Below are positions 37,164 through 49,745 of a DNA stretch of 64,000 bases, piece by piece. Position numbers and translations under genes: made by a program. The notes under the pieces are model-generated. The model was not told where the DNA came from, did no database searches, and saw only the letters and a list, made by a program, of their open reading frames with translations. Origin of the DNA: Macrostomum lignano (lineage: Eukaryota). The DNA lies in NCBI GenBank assembly GCA_002269645.1, contig NIVC01001174.1:1-64000 (forward strand). Reading direction: 5' to 3'. The first letter of the stretch is position 1. The number at the start of each line of letters is the position of its first letter.

Positions 37164-40100
37164 ATGAAGTTCGAAGTTAGACTTATCCGTTTTGTAATCA
37201 TTGCCAGCTTTTGTTCTATCAGTAAGTAAGGGTTGACCGGGTCTAAATTTAGTCTAAGTTTTGTCTACTCATTTGGGTGTTTGAATGTACTAGCATACAT
37301 GTAAAACGTAACCTTGTACATGCACGAGCGTATAATGCTTCTTCTGCAATTTTAACTCATCAGGCCCGTCAGATGCGGCTAATTGTGCAAACGTCACCTG
37401 CCACAACGGTGGCACCTGCAACAACTACACAGCGAGCCCTCCTTGTCTCTGCCCGCTGCCCTATATCGCACCGTACTGCCAAGCAGCTGCAGACTACTGC
37501 TTCACCCTGCAGCCTGAGAAGAACATCACTGAGCTGCCAGTGTGCCTGAATGGCGGCAACTGCACTTTAACATACACTGATCCTTACTTCAATTGCACTT
37601 GCCCGAGCGGAACTACAGGTGACTAAGTAAAATGCTAACAATATTACAAAAAAAAACAATATTACTCATACTGTTAAATCGGAACTGTCGATATGAAGCT
37701 TCGCGTTTATGAAAGCAAGCAGCAATTGATCCTTTCAATACGAGCGTAACTTTGAAGTTTCGAAGGTTGTCTGCACTTTTATCGAAAGCGACAAATCCTT
37801 CCTTGAATACTGAGATACACTTAGCAGACGTAACGTCGTCTCTTAAAAAAGTCGAATCTTAACAAAATATTCGCTTTTATTGTCCAGGGCTGAGGTGCAA
37901 TGAGAAAGTGTCCGAACCGACTGACGAAATCGGTAAGATACCAGCATTTGGCTCCACTTAATTTACCATCTTTCGAGCGCATCAAATTGCGCTTAAAATG
38001 CAAAATGCGCTCTCCAACTCGCCTAACTGCATTTTCAGAGTATAGATTGAGCGCAGCCGCAACTGCCGGCATCGCGGTTGGCGTCGTCGTCGGCGTCGGG
38101 GCTTCCGTCTCTCTGGCTGTCTTTGCTGTGCATCGAGCATCTGGACGGTCCAGATTTAGTTTATGCTGCTGCTCAAAAGTAAGCTTTTTCCCATACCTGT
38201 GCAAAGCGGTTTTAACTGGCATTAGACAGCTTCACTGTCGTAATACGCAGCAACTAGTAGTAGCTGTAGTCATTGCATGTAGTCATAATTTAATGAATCG
38301 ATTGAGTTAAGACATCGTTTTGATTATGAGTAGCTACTGATAATTTATATGCAAACGTGCAGTTTCAATTGCATGTTGCAGTAAGAGAATGACTGGGATT
38401 TAGCAACACGTTGCCGTTAAATATTGAATACTATTTCTCCACAGTTTTGAAGATCTCAAATGTTCTAAAAGTCCATTGTTCAAAATTTCTATGGTAATTT
38501 AGTTCAAGGCAATGAAATTCATACAATGACCGGTCATTGTTTGGAATTTTTAAAAGTGGTATAATTTTTTAAGTTAACGCGTATATTTTAAACTTAACAT
38601 ATAACAATCAAAAGCACACTTTTAGCTATAGTTAATTCGTCGCACAAATGACGTTTCACAAAATTTGTTTGAACTTGCATTGATTAAAGGTGCATCCATT
38701 GAAACTTAACTTAGCCACAAGGTTGTCGTGACTATTGAAGCCGGTAAAGCATAGGCCCGATTGGATCGAGACAGTGGCATCCGAGCCAGGAGCAGGGATG
38801 GCGACGGACTCGTCTTGTTCAGCAACAGCCGCCATCTAGGCACGGCAGTTCATCGTTAGAACGATCACTTTGAATGTAGTCAAGGAACGCGGCAAAGTCG
38901 TCGTCGCGTCGGTCGATGTTTGAAGTCTCGGAAATAAAGTTCAGTTCAAACAAGTCGACATTGCCTATCGATAGGCAGATTGCGCCAATTGATTGGAAAA
39001 TGAATGCCTTCCATTCTATCGCGACTCTATGAAATTGATTCTACTCGCCCGATGAACAGCGACTCTTTAAAACTCCGTCATCTTGACCATAGACATATCA
39101 TTCTCTATGATTTCGTGTGTTCTGCCGTTGTCTGGAACTGAACTAACTGATTTTTTCTAACCCTTGGCTTTTACCATAGACGGGGCAGATATTAAGATGT
39201 GGGGGCTTTGCCCCCACACTCCCATTTCCGTCCCCCACCAACTTTGATTTCTAACCCCTAGCTGACAATTTGGACAATGATGTCGTCTGGAATTGAGATT
39301 TCAGTTGATGGTCATAGACACGAGCGTTTCCCATTTCCGTCCCCCACCAACTTTGATTTCTAACCCCTAGCTGACAATTTGGACAATGATGTCGTCTGGA
39401 ATTGAGATTTCAGTTGATGGTCATAGACACGAGCGTTTCCCATTTCCGTCCCCCACCCACTTTGATTTCTAACCCCTAGCTGACAATTTGGACAATGATG
39501 TCGTCTGGAATTGAGATTTCAGTTGATGGTCATAGACACGAGCGTTTCCCATTTCCGTCCCCCACCCACTTTGATTTCTAACCCCTAGCTGACAATTTGG
39601 ACAATGATGTCGTCTGGAATTGAGATTTCAGTTGATGGCCATAGACACGAGCGTTTCCCATTTCCGTCCCCCACCCACTTTGATTTCTAACCCCTAGCTG
39701 ACAATTTGGACAATGATGTCGTCTGGAATTGAGATTTCAGTTGATGGTCATAGACACGAGCGTTTCCCATTTCCGTCCCCCACCAACTTTGATTTCTAAC
39801 CCCTAGCTGACAATTTGGACAATGATGTCGTCTAGAATTGAGATTTCAGTTGATGGTCATAGACACGAGCGTTTCCCATTTCCGTCCCCCACCAACTTTG
39901 ATTTCTAACCCCTAGCTGACAATTTGGACAATGATGTCGTCTGGAATTGAGATTTCAGTTGATGGCCATAGACACGAGCGTTTCCCATTTCCATCCCCCA
40001 CCCACTTTGATTTCTAACCCCTAGCTGACAATTTGGACAATGATGTCGTCTGGAATTGAGATTTCAGTTGATGGCCATAGACACGAGCGTTTCCCATTTC

Positions 40101-41048
40101 CGTCCCCCACCCACTTTGATTTCTAACCCCTAGCTGACAATTTGGACAATGATGTCGTCTGGAATTGAGATTTCAGTTGATGGCCATAGACACGAGCGTT
40201 TCCAATTTCCGTCCCCCACCCACTTTGATTTCTAACCCCTAGCTGACAATTTGGACAATGATGTCGTCTGGAATTGAGATTTCAGTTGATGGCCAAATTG
40301 ACACTCGCGCGCTGCGCATGCTCGTGTCTATGGCCATCAACTGAAATCTGAATTCCAGACAACCACCCATTATCTTAGTCTATTAAGGCTACCAGGCTAA
40401 AATGCATGCTCAAGTTACGAAGTCAAGTCAAGTCAGGGACTCTGTATAGGAACTTGCAAGCCAGTCAACAATTTATTCTTTTGTCATACCTGTGGCCATT
40501 GCAAGGCACCTATCTAAGGTCTCACGGCTCATTAATTGTTTTATAAACTCCGGGTTTAACTCAACCGAAAGGAGCAGTGCAGTTCACGCGTCTGACTGTC
40601 GCGCTTGCGCACGAAAATTGTCCAGTGGGTTTTCGTGCGATCCAGAGTGTTCATCTACATGCATGAAGATTAGAAAGTCATGACCGCTGTTCAATCTTGT
40701 GTGTATGAATGCGTGCCTGCGAATTTATGTGCTTTAGGAGTCAGTGGAATGGCCGTAAGCTTGGTTGTGGAACGATTACAATTTCGCCAGGGCGTTGCAC
40801 CAGAGTGCCTACAGTCCTGCTCCGATTGTTATTATTATTACATCAACTGAATTGCATTAACACTGACTTCTTTTAGTAAGTCAAATTAATTGTTTGAATT
40901 TCAGAAAATCTGTCCAACTTCACAGCAACAGTCGCATGCAGCTTACAACAATGAAGGAGGCAACTTTGACGACAATTCAGCATGCAAAACCAACGGTGGC
41001 TTAGGCAGCGGTTCAGCCCATCACCAGGATCAACAAATAAGTGCCTAA
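37164..41048 (+). CDS. Small type-I membrane protein with two EGF-like domains (paralog 1)
   Basis: Exons 37164-37221 (signal MKFEVRLIRFVIIASFCSIS), 37364-37618 (CHNGGTC..CLCP..C; CLNGGNC..CTCP), 37888-37932 (LRC closes EGF2), 38039-38178 (TM GIAVGVVVGVGASVSLAVFAV, then CCC), 40905-41048 (KICPTSQQQ...). All GT-AG and phase-compatible. Confidence 0.8.
39221..40293. repeat. 109-bp tandem satellite, about 10 copies, followed by an inverted partial copy at about 40320-40360
   Basis: Units start at 39221, 39330 and 39439 (spacing 109); located in the last intron of EGF paralog 1. Confidence 0.97.
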
Positions 41049-41699
41049 GTAACTTTGTGGGCAGACTTTTGGAGAAAAAACGTATGAGTTTGAATTAAAC
41101 TCGATCATGCATGTACACTGTGCATATTGAATAAATTACAGTATAATGAAGTTCTGTACTAAGTAATTTCACTTCATTGCATATACGGAGTTTTCGGTGT
41201 AAAATATTCAAAATTTTCGGTGAAAGGACCGCATGATATTAGTGCGCAGTACGTGGCAAGTGTGTAAATAAGCGTGCAAGCAATTTCTACCATATAATGG
41301 CTTCAGCTTGCATCAGCATGTGTCTGTCAAATTGCGCGCTCAATCATGCCTTCCGTTTGTGCATATCGTTTCACAATTATTATAAATTCGTATTGAGGAA
41401 TGACTAACATGTAACGCTGTATTGACCTACCTAGCTGTTCACCGAAGTCTCATTCTCTCTGACTCAGAGAACATTTTATTATTAAACAATTAATTTATTA
41501 TTCAATACAACTAACTTGACGAAACTTCGGTAATGTACATATGATCCGGTAGTTTGCTCGCTAAATATGTTCATTCCTGTATCAGATGTATCACATTTTT
41601 AGTGGTTCACTTTTTAACACTATCTATTTTAATATACGTAGCTATCTTCATGCCACGTTTAAATGTGTTTTTTGTGTTGTTCTTCCTAGAAACCTTTGG

Positions 41700-43350
41700 G
41701 GGTACGTTTAAGTATTGTTAAGGTTTACATTATTTTTTTAAGTCTGGTTTTATTTTGTTATTTTTTTGGTTTTATTTTGCTTTGGTTTACACAGGGTTTT
41801 AAAATACCAATGTTTCCATGCACGTTTTACCGGCAAAAAATAAAACAGTTACATGAACTTTAACCATACAATTTTCATAATATTCATTAATTTTAATGGC
41901 TCACAAATTTCTTAAGTTTTAATTCTTTCCTTCTTTAAGGACTAGCTAGTAGCAAAAATAGATAGCGGGGAGTATATGTAGTAATATAAATGGTTAGATT
42001 CGTATATGTATAGCCAGCTATTTGCAAAATGCATTCAAAATTTTACAGGTTTCTAACTTTAGCCCGCATTTGCATTTGTCGACGTTTGTATAGAGCCGTA
42101 CGTGCAGTGTATTTGGGATCTGGGATTTCATGTCAGCAAAATGGGGAACTAAATATGCACACCTCGACGCCCACAACGATTTTATTGCATGCCGCCTTCG
42201 CCGTTGACAAGGCAGCAAGTACAATTGTGTATGCAATTGTCATGGGCGCGAAGTTTAAAGATCAGCTTGTCGCCAAGGATCCCATAAACAACACCTTTAC
42301 ACCGGCCAGGAAGTACCAAACTGCAACGGCATTCTATGGCACCGCGACCCAGATCCTAGGCGAAATCCGTTGCGAAGGGCAGCAGTTTATGTGAATGAGA
42401 GTTTATTTCGAAGACTGAACTCACGGAGAAGGATTTTTTTGCCAATGCGTGTAAGTTGGAGGTGCAACTCGCGATTCTCCCCTGCCCGGACTCTGGCACA
42501 GCAGACTAGTAAAACAGTTTAAGCTTGATCAGACAAACCAATCGAGAGATCAGCAGTGAACCACAGTCAAGCTGCTCAATCACTTTCTGGGACAGATCTC
42601 GAAGAACGACACAGACTTAGGGAAAACGCATCTTCACAAGATGGCGATTGAGTTGCAGGACCGAGCGTGCCGTCCCATCTCACAGCCTTCAAGAAGAACG
42701 ACGCCTTCTGAGAAAGAATTTCTTGACAAGCATATTCAGCAGCTACGTCTAAGTATTGTTAAGGTTTAAATTATTTGTTTTAAGTCTGGATTTTATATCA
42801 TGGCAATAGCAAATGAATTTTTTGTTCTATTACATGCAGTGAAATTCTGGAATGTGAACACACTACACCCAAATCATATCTGTTTGACTACTTGGTTTTT
42901 CTACATATCTGTGAGTATTTTCTACACACAGATATTTAAAAGACCAATGTTTTCCAAGCTTTTTTTCCGGTAAAAAATAAAAATGCATGAGTTTTTAACC
43001 ATAATTCTTATTTTATTCGGTTTGAATGGACGATACAGATATTAAGTTTTAATTATTTCCTTCTTACTGGACTAGCTAGTAAATAGATAGCAGACTGTAT
43101 AGCTATTGTACTCGTAGCTCGTAATAATGGTTAGATTCGTACATATATAGCCAGCTATTTGCAAAATGCATTCAACTTGCCAGCATTTACATTTGTCGAC
43201 GTTGTATAGAACCATACGTACAGTGTATATGGGATCTGGGATTTCATGTCAGCAAAATAGGGAACTTCATATGCAACCCCTCGACTCCCACAACGATTTT
43301 ATTGCATGCTACATCCTCCGTTGCCAAGGCAGCAAGTACGATTGTACATC
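41700..43350. repeat. Diverged direct segmental duplication (about 41700-42250 vs about 42745-43350)
   Basis: Shared blocks such as AAGTATTGTTAAGGTTT, GGACTAGCTAGTA, GGTTAGATTCGTA.ATATAGCCAGCTATTTGCAAAATGCATTCAA, GGGATCTGGGATTTCATGTCAGCAAAAT. Confidence 0.8.
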
Positions 43351-43735
43351 CAATGCAAGGGAAGACGAGGAAGAGTCTAGCTACTACAGGGAAGGTGGGG
43401 GAATTGGGAAGGGGATTAGAAAGGGGAGAGAACAGACCGCGCGATACTAGCTATAATTGATTTCCACCCAACCAAGAATTCAGCTCACGACTAATGCTCT
43501 GGGCCGTCTAATCATGGGGTGTGGTTCTTTCAGGGCCTGTACTTCTGTTTACGTCAAACTCAACTGTGTACATTCCTTGTACTCTTGATTATGGCTAGAG
43601 AACCGCGCGAAAGCGCTTGAGTTGTTAATGTTCTATTGTTTTTAACTGATTAACTCCTCATAGCAACTGCAAAAGCATTCAATTTACAGTACTGTTCACT
43701 AATCGTTATAATCGAAATTGAATCCAGATTGCAAA

Positions 43736-46508
43736 ATGCTCAACATCGGCAGTTCAGTTGGAATCCTAACGATTGTACTGAGAGTTTGTTTGCTAATCTG
43801 TAAGTTTCGCTTTTTGTCTTAAGTTGAAAGATGAGAACAGAGAATTGTCAAATCGAGAAGAACACCTGCAATAGCGTGGCCTCATCTTAATAAGAAACTA
43901 TGAAAAATTGGGGAATACGATAAAATCTTGTTGAAATTTTATAGACTTTCGGCTCCTGTAATGGATTACAAGTATTGATACGAGACATCTACTAAGGATT
44001 ATTGATTTTGCTTTTCACCTCATCAGGTCCGTCAGATGCCGCTAATTGTTCAACCGTCATCTGCCACAACGGAGGCACCTGCAACAACTACACAGAAAAC
44101 CCTCCCTGTCTCTGCCCGCTGCCCTACATCGCACCGAACTGCGAATCAGCTGCGGACTACTGCTTCACCCTGCAGCCTGACAAGAACATCACTGAGCTGC
44201 CAGTGTGCCTGAATGGCGGCAACTGCACTTTAACATACACTGATCCTTACTTCAATTGCACTTGCCCGAGTGGAACTTCAGGTGACTAAAATCTTTTTTG
44301 CTCGTGACCTTCATGTAAATGTATGATTTGGATAGCCCAACTAAATTCATATCCGTGCTCAAATGATTTATTTGATTCTCTAACAATTTAAATACTTTGC
44401 GTTGCATAAATGCTTCGAAATGAACATGACATAAACAATAAACATTCACATCCAAAACCATCTTATTGTATTGATTGTACACAGGAATCAGATGCTATAA
44501 TGAAACAGACGCGTCATCGCCTGTCACAACTGACAGCTCTACTACCAGTAAGTTTTGTGCATTAATTTATTTAACCGGTTTCCTTTAAATTAACTGTAAG
44601 TGGCTTTGACAACAAAATTGATCCAAAACTCAATTTCAGCTTCAAGCAGCAGTACTTCGACAATTTTGGCACCAGAAACAACTACCATTACTAATAGTAA
44701 GATACTGTTATTTAATAATTGGTTCTGTCTTTGTTAACAAGCAGAAGTAGATACTTACCAGGTAGCTAATTGCTGCAAGCTCCCGCAGTTTGGATACCTT
44801 TTTTATACGAGAGTACCTTTGCATTTCCAGCTAACACCTTGACCAGCACGATCAGCAGTACGACAACGGAGAGTTCGACCACACGAAATTCTTTGACTAA
44901 TCGTAAGATATCTACAGCTGTTGTCTTCAATTATGATTTTCTTGTTAAATTGCATTTAATACTAGCATATTTTTTGTGCAATTTCTACAGCCACCAACGT
45001 GAGTGCGGCTGGTATTGCTGGCATAACAGTTGGTGCCATTGCTTTCATTGGACTTTTGATTTTAACCATTTACCTGGTGTACCGAAGGCCTAAACGGTTA
45101 ACGAAAGTTTTTCCATGTTGCAATCCGGTAAGTTCCAATCCTGCTTGGCACACTTTTATTTCCTTTTTGTGAAGTTCCGAAAGAGGCATTTACAATTAAT
45201 TGAATTAAATTAGACTGTGAGATAAGGAAGCTCACGTTTTAAATCTTCAGTGAACTTTGGCATTCGAGTGAATCGATGCAAATTATATGACGAGCTGATG
45301 CAAATCGAACCCTGGCCGGTTAAGCAGCAAGATATAAACTAGATTTATAATAAAAATACACTCGTAATAATTATTGATTACACCTGTCCTAATGGGCAGA
45401 TGGGCAACCGACAGCTCAGCCGCAACTATTGCGCACGGCTAATGCTGGCACCCATTGTTTTACAGCTGGGTGAACTGAAGCAATGCCGAGTTAAGTGTCT
45501 TGCTTAAGGACACTAATTGTTCCGAGTGGGTCGACAATCGAACCCACGACCTTTCAGTCGTGAGTCTGACGCTCTAACTCACTAGGCTACAACCCCCTTT
45601 AAGCAAATGAAGCAGGTGTGTGCTTTTTCCGAGTTGCAGTCACATCTCTTTTAGCGATTTTTCGTGAGATGCTACAGGAGACCGGTAATCAAGCAAGGTT
45701 TCGACGAGATTTCAGTTGCTCCAGTCTATTAGAAATACTTTTAGAAATACAACTGCATTTAGAGTGTTGCCTCGAAGGAAACACATACTGGCTTAGTTGC
45801 AATTTAAAAGTCCAAAGGTAAGATATTGGGAGTTTAATGTCAAAGAAATGGCACAGCAAAAATGAGACTATTTGCGAGTGAAGTGTCTTTCTGATTTATA
45901 GTTAAGGATATTTCAGGTGGCTTGGAATGGTTAAATCAGCTTTGGAACCTCGGTAAAACAACTACGAGTTGTTTACTAATTAAGAGCTACTTGCAAAAAC
46001 TTTATTTATCGCCAAATCTAAACATCAAATTTTCAGAAAGCATATGCAGGTAAAAATCTAACCAGTTGCAAGTAACAAAACACCTTCTGCTTGTAGGGTT
46101 CACTTCACGACACACAAAATAGCGTCTTTAGGAAAGGAAAAGCCATGTTCATTTCATACTTGTAAACTAATTTTGGACGTTCTCAGCAACTGTCACATTC
46201 CGATAGCAACTTTGTACGCATGCAAGCATATTAGTATAGTCACTTTGGTCAATTGGCTACTTTAAACAAATAAAAGATTTTGTTTATATTAATGAAGCGA
46301 ACAGTTTCTAAGAAAAATCGTAGAAACCCACAAAATTTCGACACAAAAATTGCAGAAAATCTGCCCAACGGCTCAGCAGCAACTTGCTGAGTCCGGCCCG
46401 GACTTTGGCCGCACTCTCAAATCCGATGGAAGCTTAGACGGCGGTCTCAGCCCGGGTCCGAGTCAGCAGAATGATTCTTATCAACATTCGAATCCGCAAT
46501 TCGCATAA
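43736..46508 (+). CDS. Type-I membrane protein with two EGF-like domains and a Ser/Thr-rich stalk (paralog 2)
   Basis: Exons 43736-43799 (signal), 44027-44281 (2xEGF), 44485-44547, 44640-44696, 44831-44902 (S/T-rich), 44991-45127 (TM GIAGITVGAIAFIGLLILTIYLVY + RRPKR, PCC), 46356-46508 (KICPTAQQQ...). All GT-AG and phase-compatible. Confidence 0.82.
45397..45597 (-). mobile_element. tRNA-derived SINE
   Basis: Reverse complement of the element at 58374; A/B-box head plus a GTGTCCTT.AGCAAGACACTTAA core. Confidence 0.8.
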
Positions 46509-47798
46509 GTGCTGGGATGACTGAGCCCGACTCTATGTTGTCATTTGCAAGTTGATCAACGAAGAACTGTAACTACGGGTCCCGTAATTTGACCATTGGT
46601 TATGGGTATTTGAAAGGTTGTCATTGCATCCGGGTTGTGCTTTTATATAAACTTGTTTGCAATGCTACCAACTGATTTTTATCAAAGTTCAAAAAGCTTT
46701 AAAAGTGCTTTGCACTCACATATCACAGATTCCCCAGCTTCATCACTCAAGCCTTAAAACTTTGTTCCCATAATCTCGCCAAAAACTATTTATTCCTTTT
46801 GACAGCATGATTTTCTTCCTCATATTTTAAAAAAACTTGTCCCTTTTAAAGATTTGTACTAACTAGATGTACTTTCATTTTTTCGTAAGTTTATCGGTTG
46901 TGTAAAAATGGAGTCGATGACTCCCGGTGAAGACAAACCTGCATGGTGTTTGTCTTACTCGTGGCTTGTCCATTTGATCTGATTATGTCGCATGTGTGTT
47001 GTAATATCAATTTTATTATGCCTTTTTATGCATGCTTTTGACACTATACTACTATACCTAATTGCTTGATACGGACTTGTAAGACTTTTTATTTCATAGT
47101 CTTAAAGGCAAGTTACTTATTTCTAAGAAAACCTTGCAAAGCGTCTTCTTACTTCTGTTGGCCATGGCACTGTAATGTACATATTACTATACATGTCGTA
47201 AGTTTGTTTTCTGTACAAGTTCTGTTGTACAAAAAGCAAATATATTTACGCGAATGCTTTTAGAAATGAACGGATCTTATCCCTATGCTCAATGTTACTG
47301 GGCCTATAATCGACTTGTGTAGATTTGATAGCTTTACACTTTTGTTGCTGTTAGGGTATACGAGTATATTGTATAGTCATTGACGTATACAGTAAATACA
47401 CAGTATTTGTCTTTTCAGAAGTTTTTCATATTGTTGATTATTTATGCCAAACATTTACGCTTAACGCAATTTTCAAAAAGCTAAAAGCAATATGTTTGTT
47501 CGAAATTTCCCTGTCCACTATCATTAAGAAATCATCGAGGAGCTGTGTGAAACTGACATCAGATACAGGAGGTATATTTTATAGATATGAATCTATAAGT
47601 TTAGCAGGCACTTTGTCAAGCCGCTCCATGTATTTGATCCATATAGGTGCATCGTTCTAGTGAAATCTGGAACACTACTGAGTAGCTCAAGGTAGCTGAT
47701 TAAAACCTGTGTGTGTTTTAGTGCTGTTGTGCAGACTCAATGAGCTGATCTGAACAATCTTTACAATCTTAATAATCTCGCTACTTATACTAGTGGGT

Positions 47799-48401
47799 CG
47801 GCCCTCAGGTTCATTTAAACTTCACAGATAGCAATTCGGCCCGCTCAAGGGTGGTGTCTTTTCTTAGCTCTCTTCTTTAATCTCCTTTCTCCTCTTTCCT
47901 CTCCTCTCCTCCCTCCTCTCTCCTCTCCTCTCCTCTTTCGTCTCCTCTCCTCTCTCCTCTCTCTTCTCTCCTCTCCTCTTTCCTCTCCTCTCCTCCCTCC
48001 TCTCTCCTCTCCTCTCCTCTTTCCTCTCCTCTCCTCCCTCCTCTCTCCTCTCCTCTCCTCTTTCCTCTCTCCTCTCCTCTCCTCTTTCCTCTCCTCTCCT
48101 CCCTCCTCTCTCCTCTCCTCTCCTCTCTTCACTCTCCTCCCCTCCAATATCCTCTCTAACTTCTCTCATCTACCTACTCTCCTCCCCATTCTCTTCTCTC
48201 CTCTCCTCTTTTTTCTGTTTCATCTCCTCTCTCCCCTAATCAGGCCCGCTGTCATGCGCTAGATTCACCATCTGGCCCTGGAGACAAAGAGTTTGTTAAC
48301 CGATGCCTTAGGCAATAAAACAACTCAAGGTCAAAATTATAAAAGCTTTCACTGGACGCGACTCAAGGCCAGAACATAAACACAGGTCGGTTCGCCGACC
48401 C
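47799..48401. mobile_element. Second copy of the CT-microsatellite-carrying hAT-like element (left end truncated)
   Basis: Head CGGCCCTCAGGT..TTTAAACTTCACAGATAGCAATTCGGC matches 9399-9439; (CTCTC)n at 47865-48240; shared GCGCTAGATTC after the repeat; right end GGTTCGCCGACCC. Confidence 0.65.
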
Positions 48402-49099
48402 AATCCGCGGAGCCGGTGACGAAACGCCGAGAGCGCGCCTGTCGTTGCCGGTAGGGTGCTTGCAGAAGGACTACTATGAGCATATCAGAAGACGCTACAC
48501 TTGTGATTCGTAGAAAACTTTTTTGGAGGCCGAGTTCTGCATTTTGCCGGTCACTTGTGCAGGACCAGTGTCTGAATTCTAAGAGTGTTTAATGATTTTA
48601 ACTCTTTTGAGGTTAATTATATGTCGCTAATGCAGTGCAAAGGCAAAGCACTGTGAGTTCCGTTCTAGCTGTTTGTTGCTAGCCTTGGTGTTTTTGGTGT
48701 GGTGGGCGCGCGTTTGCTCTCTAATCTCCGCCGTGTACGCGTTTTGCTCACCGCTCACCTGCGTATTAGTGACTGCCATGCACAATGTACATCGTTAAAT
48801 ATCGCTAATAAATATCGACTGACTGTCTTTTCTCGCAATTTTGGTCTTACAGCACTAATTCAATTATTTAATAACTTTCGAATTAGACTTGACGTATTTA
48901 ACTCAAGTTTTAGGTACAGTTTTGTGCCCACATTGTATACAGTACACGCTATATTAATTTCAAGGAAATAAAAAAACACGTTGTTTGTCTGCTTGGTATT
49001 TTTATCACAATTCAGCTGAATTTGGACATTATTAGGCAGCACAAAACTACATCACAATAGAGTGACAAGAACGACCCACACAAACTGAAAGTCGACTTA

Positions 49100-49745
49100 A
49101 TTATACTTTCTGACACACCTACTGACCAAAAATGATGTCCATAACATACTTCTGAAGAGTCAGGATCAACATTTGAATGTCGGCTTCCAAAATATTTTCC
49201 ACTAATCACGAGTTTAGCGTCCTGGTATACTGCTAGTGGTCCTTGTGCCTGCAGCGTCTACAGCTGCACTACCTGTACCGGAGTACGACTGAGATGCTTT
49301 GGCTGGTCAGATGGAACTTCCAATGAGCACAATGACCTGGTGCGCCGGATGACCTGGTGATAGCCTCCAAAGTTAATGGCAGTAAACAAAACTGCAAATA
49401 TTCGAAGTTTTGAATTTTAAAACTTAAAAATAATTCAATGAGCTATGAGTTATGAGCACTGATTTTTTGAACTGGTAGATTCTAAAAAAATTACAAGGCT
49501 GAAGATATGAGCCATTGATTAACTGCTCATATCTTTAGCATTATAGAGTTCCAGAGAGACTGCAACTTCGTCCCGTATAGTTTCTCGCAGATTTCAACTT
49601 GACAGAGGATCGGTGTGGCTTGTTCGTACCCAATGTCGATGGTGTTAAACACGACTGAGTCCACAATGCCCAACGCTCTTCGGACAACGCCTCTGGCATC
49701 CAGGTGCAAGTCTACGAGCTGAACCACAATACGAAGTATCCTCAT
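49100..49745 (-). CDS. Possible exons of an unidentified minus-strand gene
   Basis: Open, protein-like frame 49745-49527 and smaller segments bounded by AG/GT (e.g. VIRRTRSLCSLEVPSDQPKHLSRTPVQ, ENILEADIQMLILTLQK with a GTATGT donor). A complete model could not be built. Confidence 0.25.

Noticed and set aside
39221-40293. 109-bp array as a CRISPR-like array
   Set aside because: Whole units are near-identical with no unique spacers, there are no cas genes, and the context is a eukaryotic intron.
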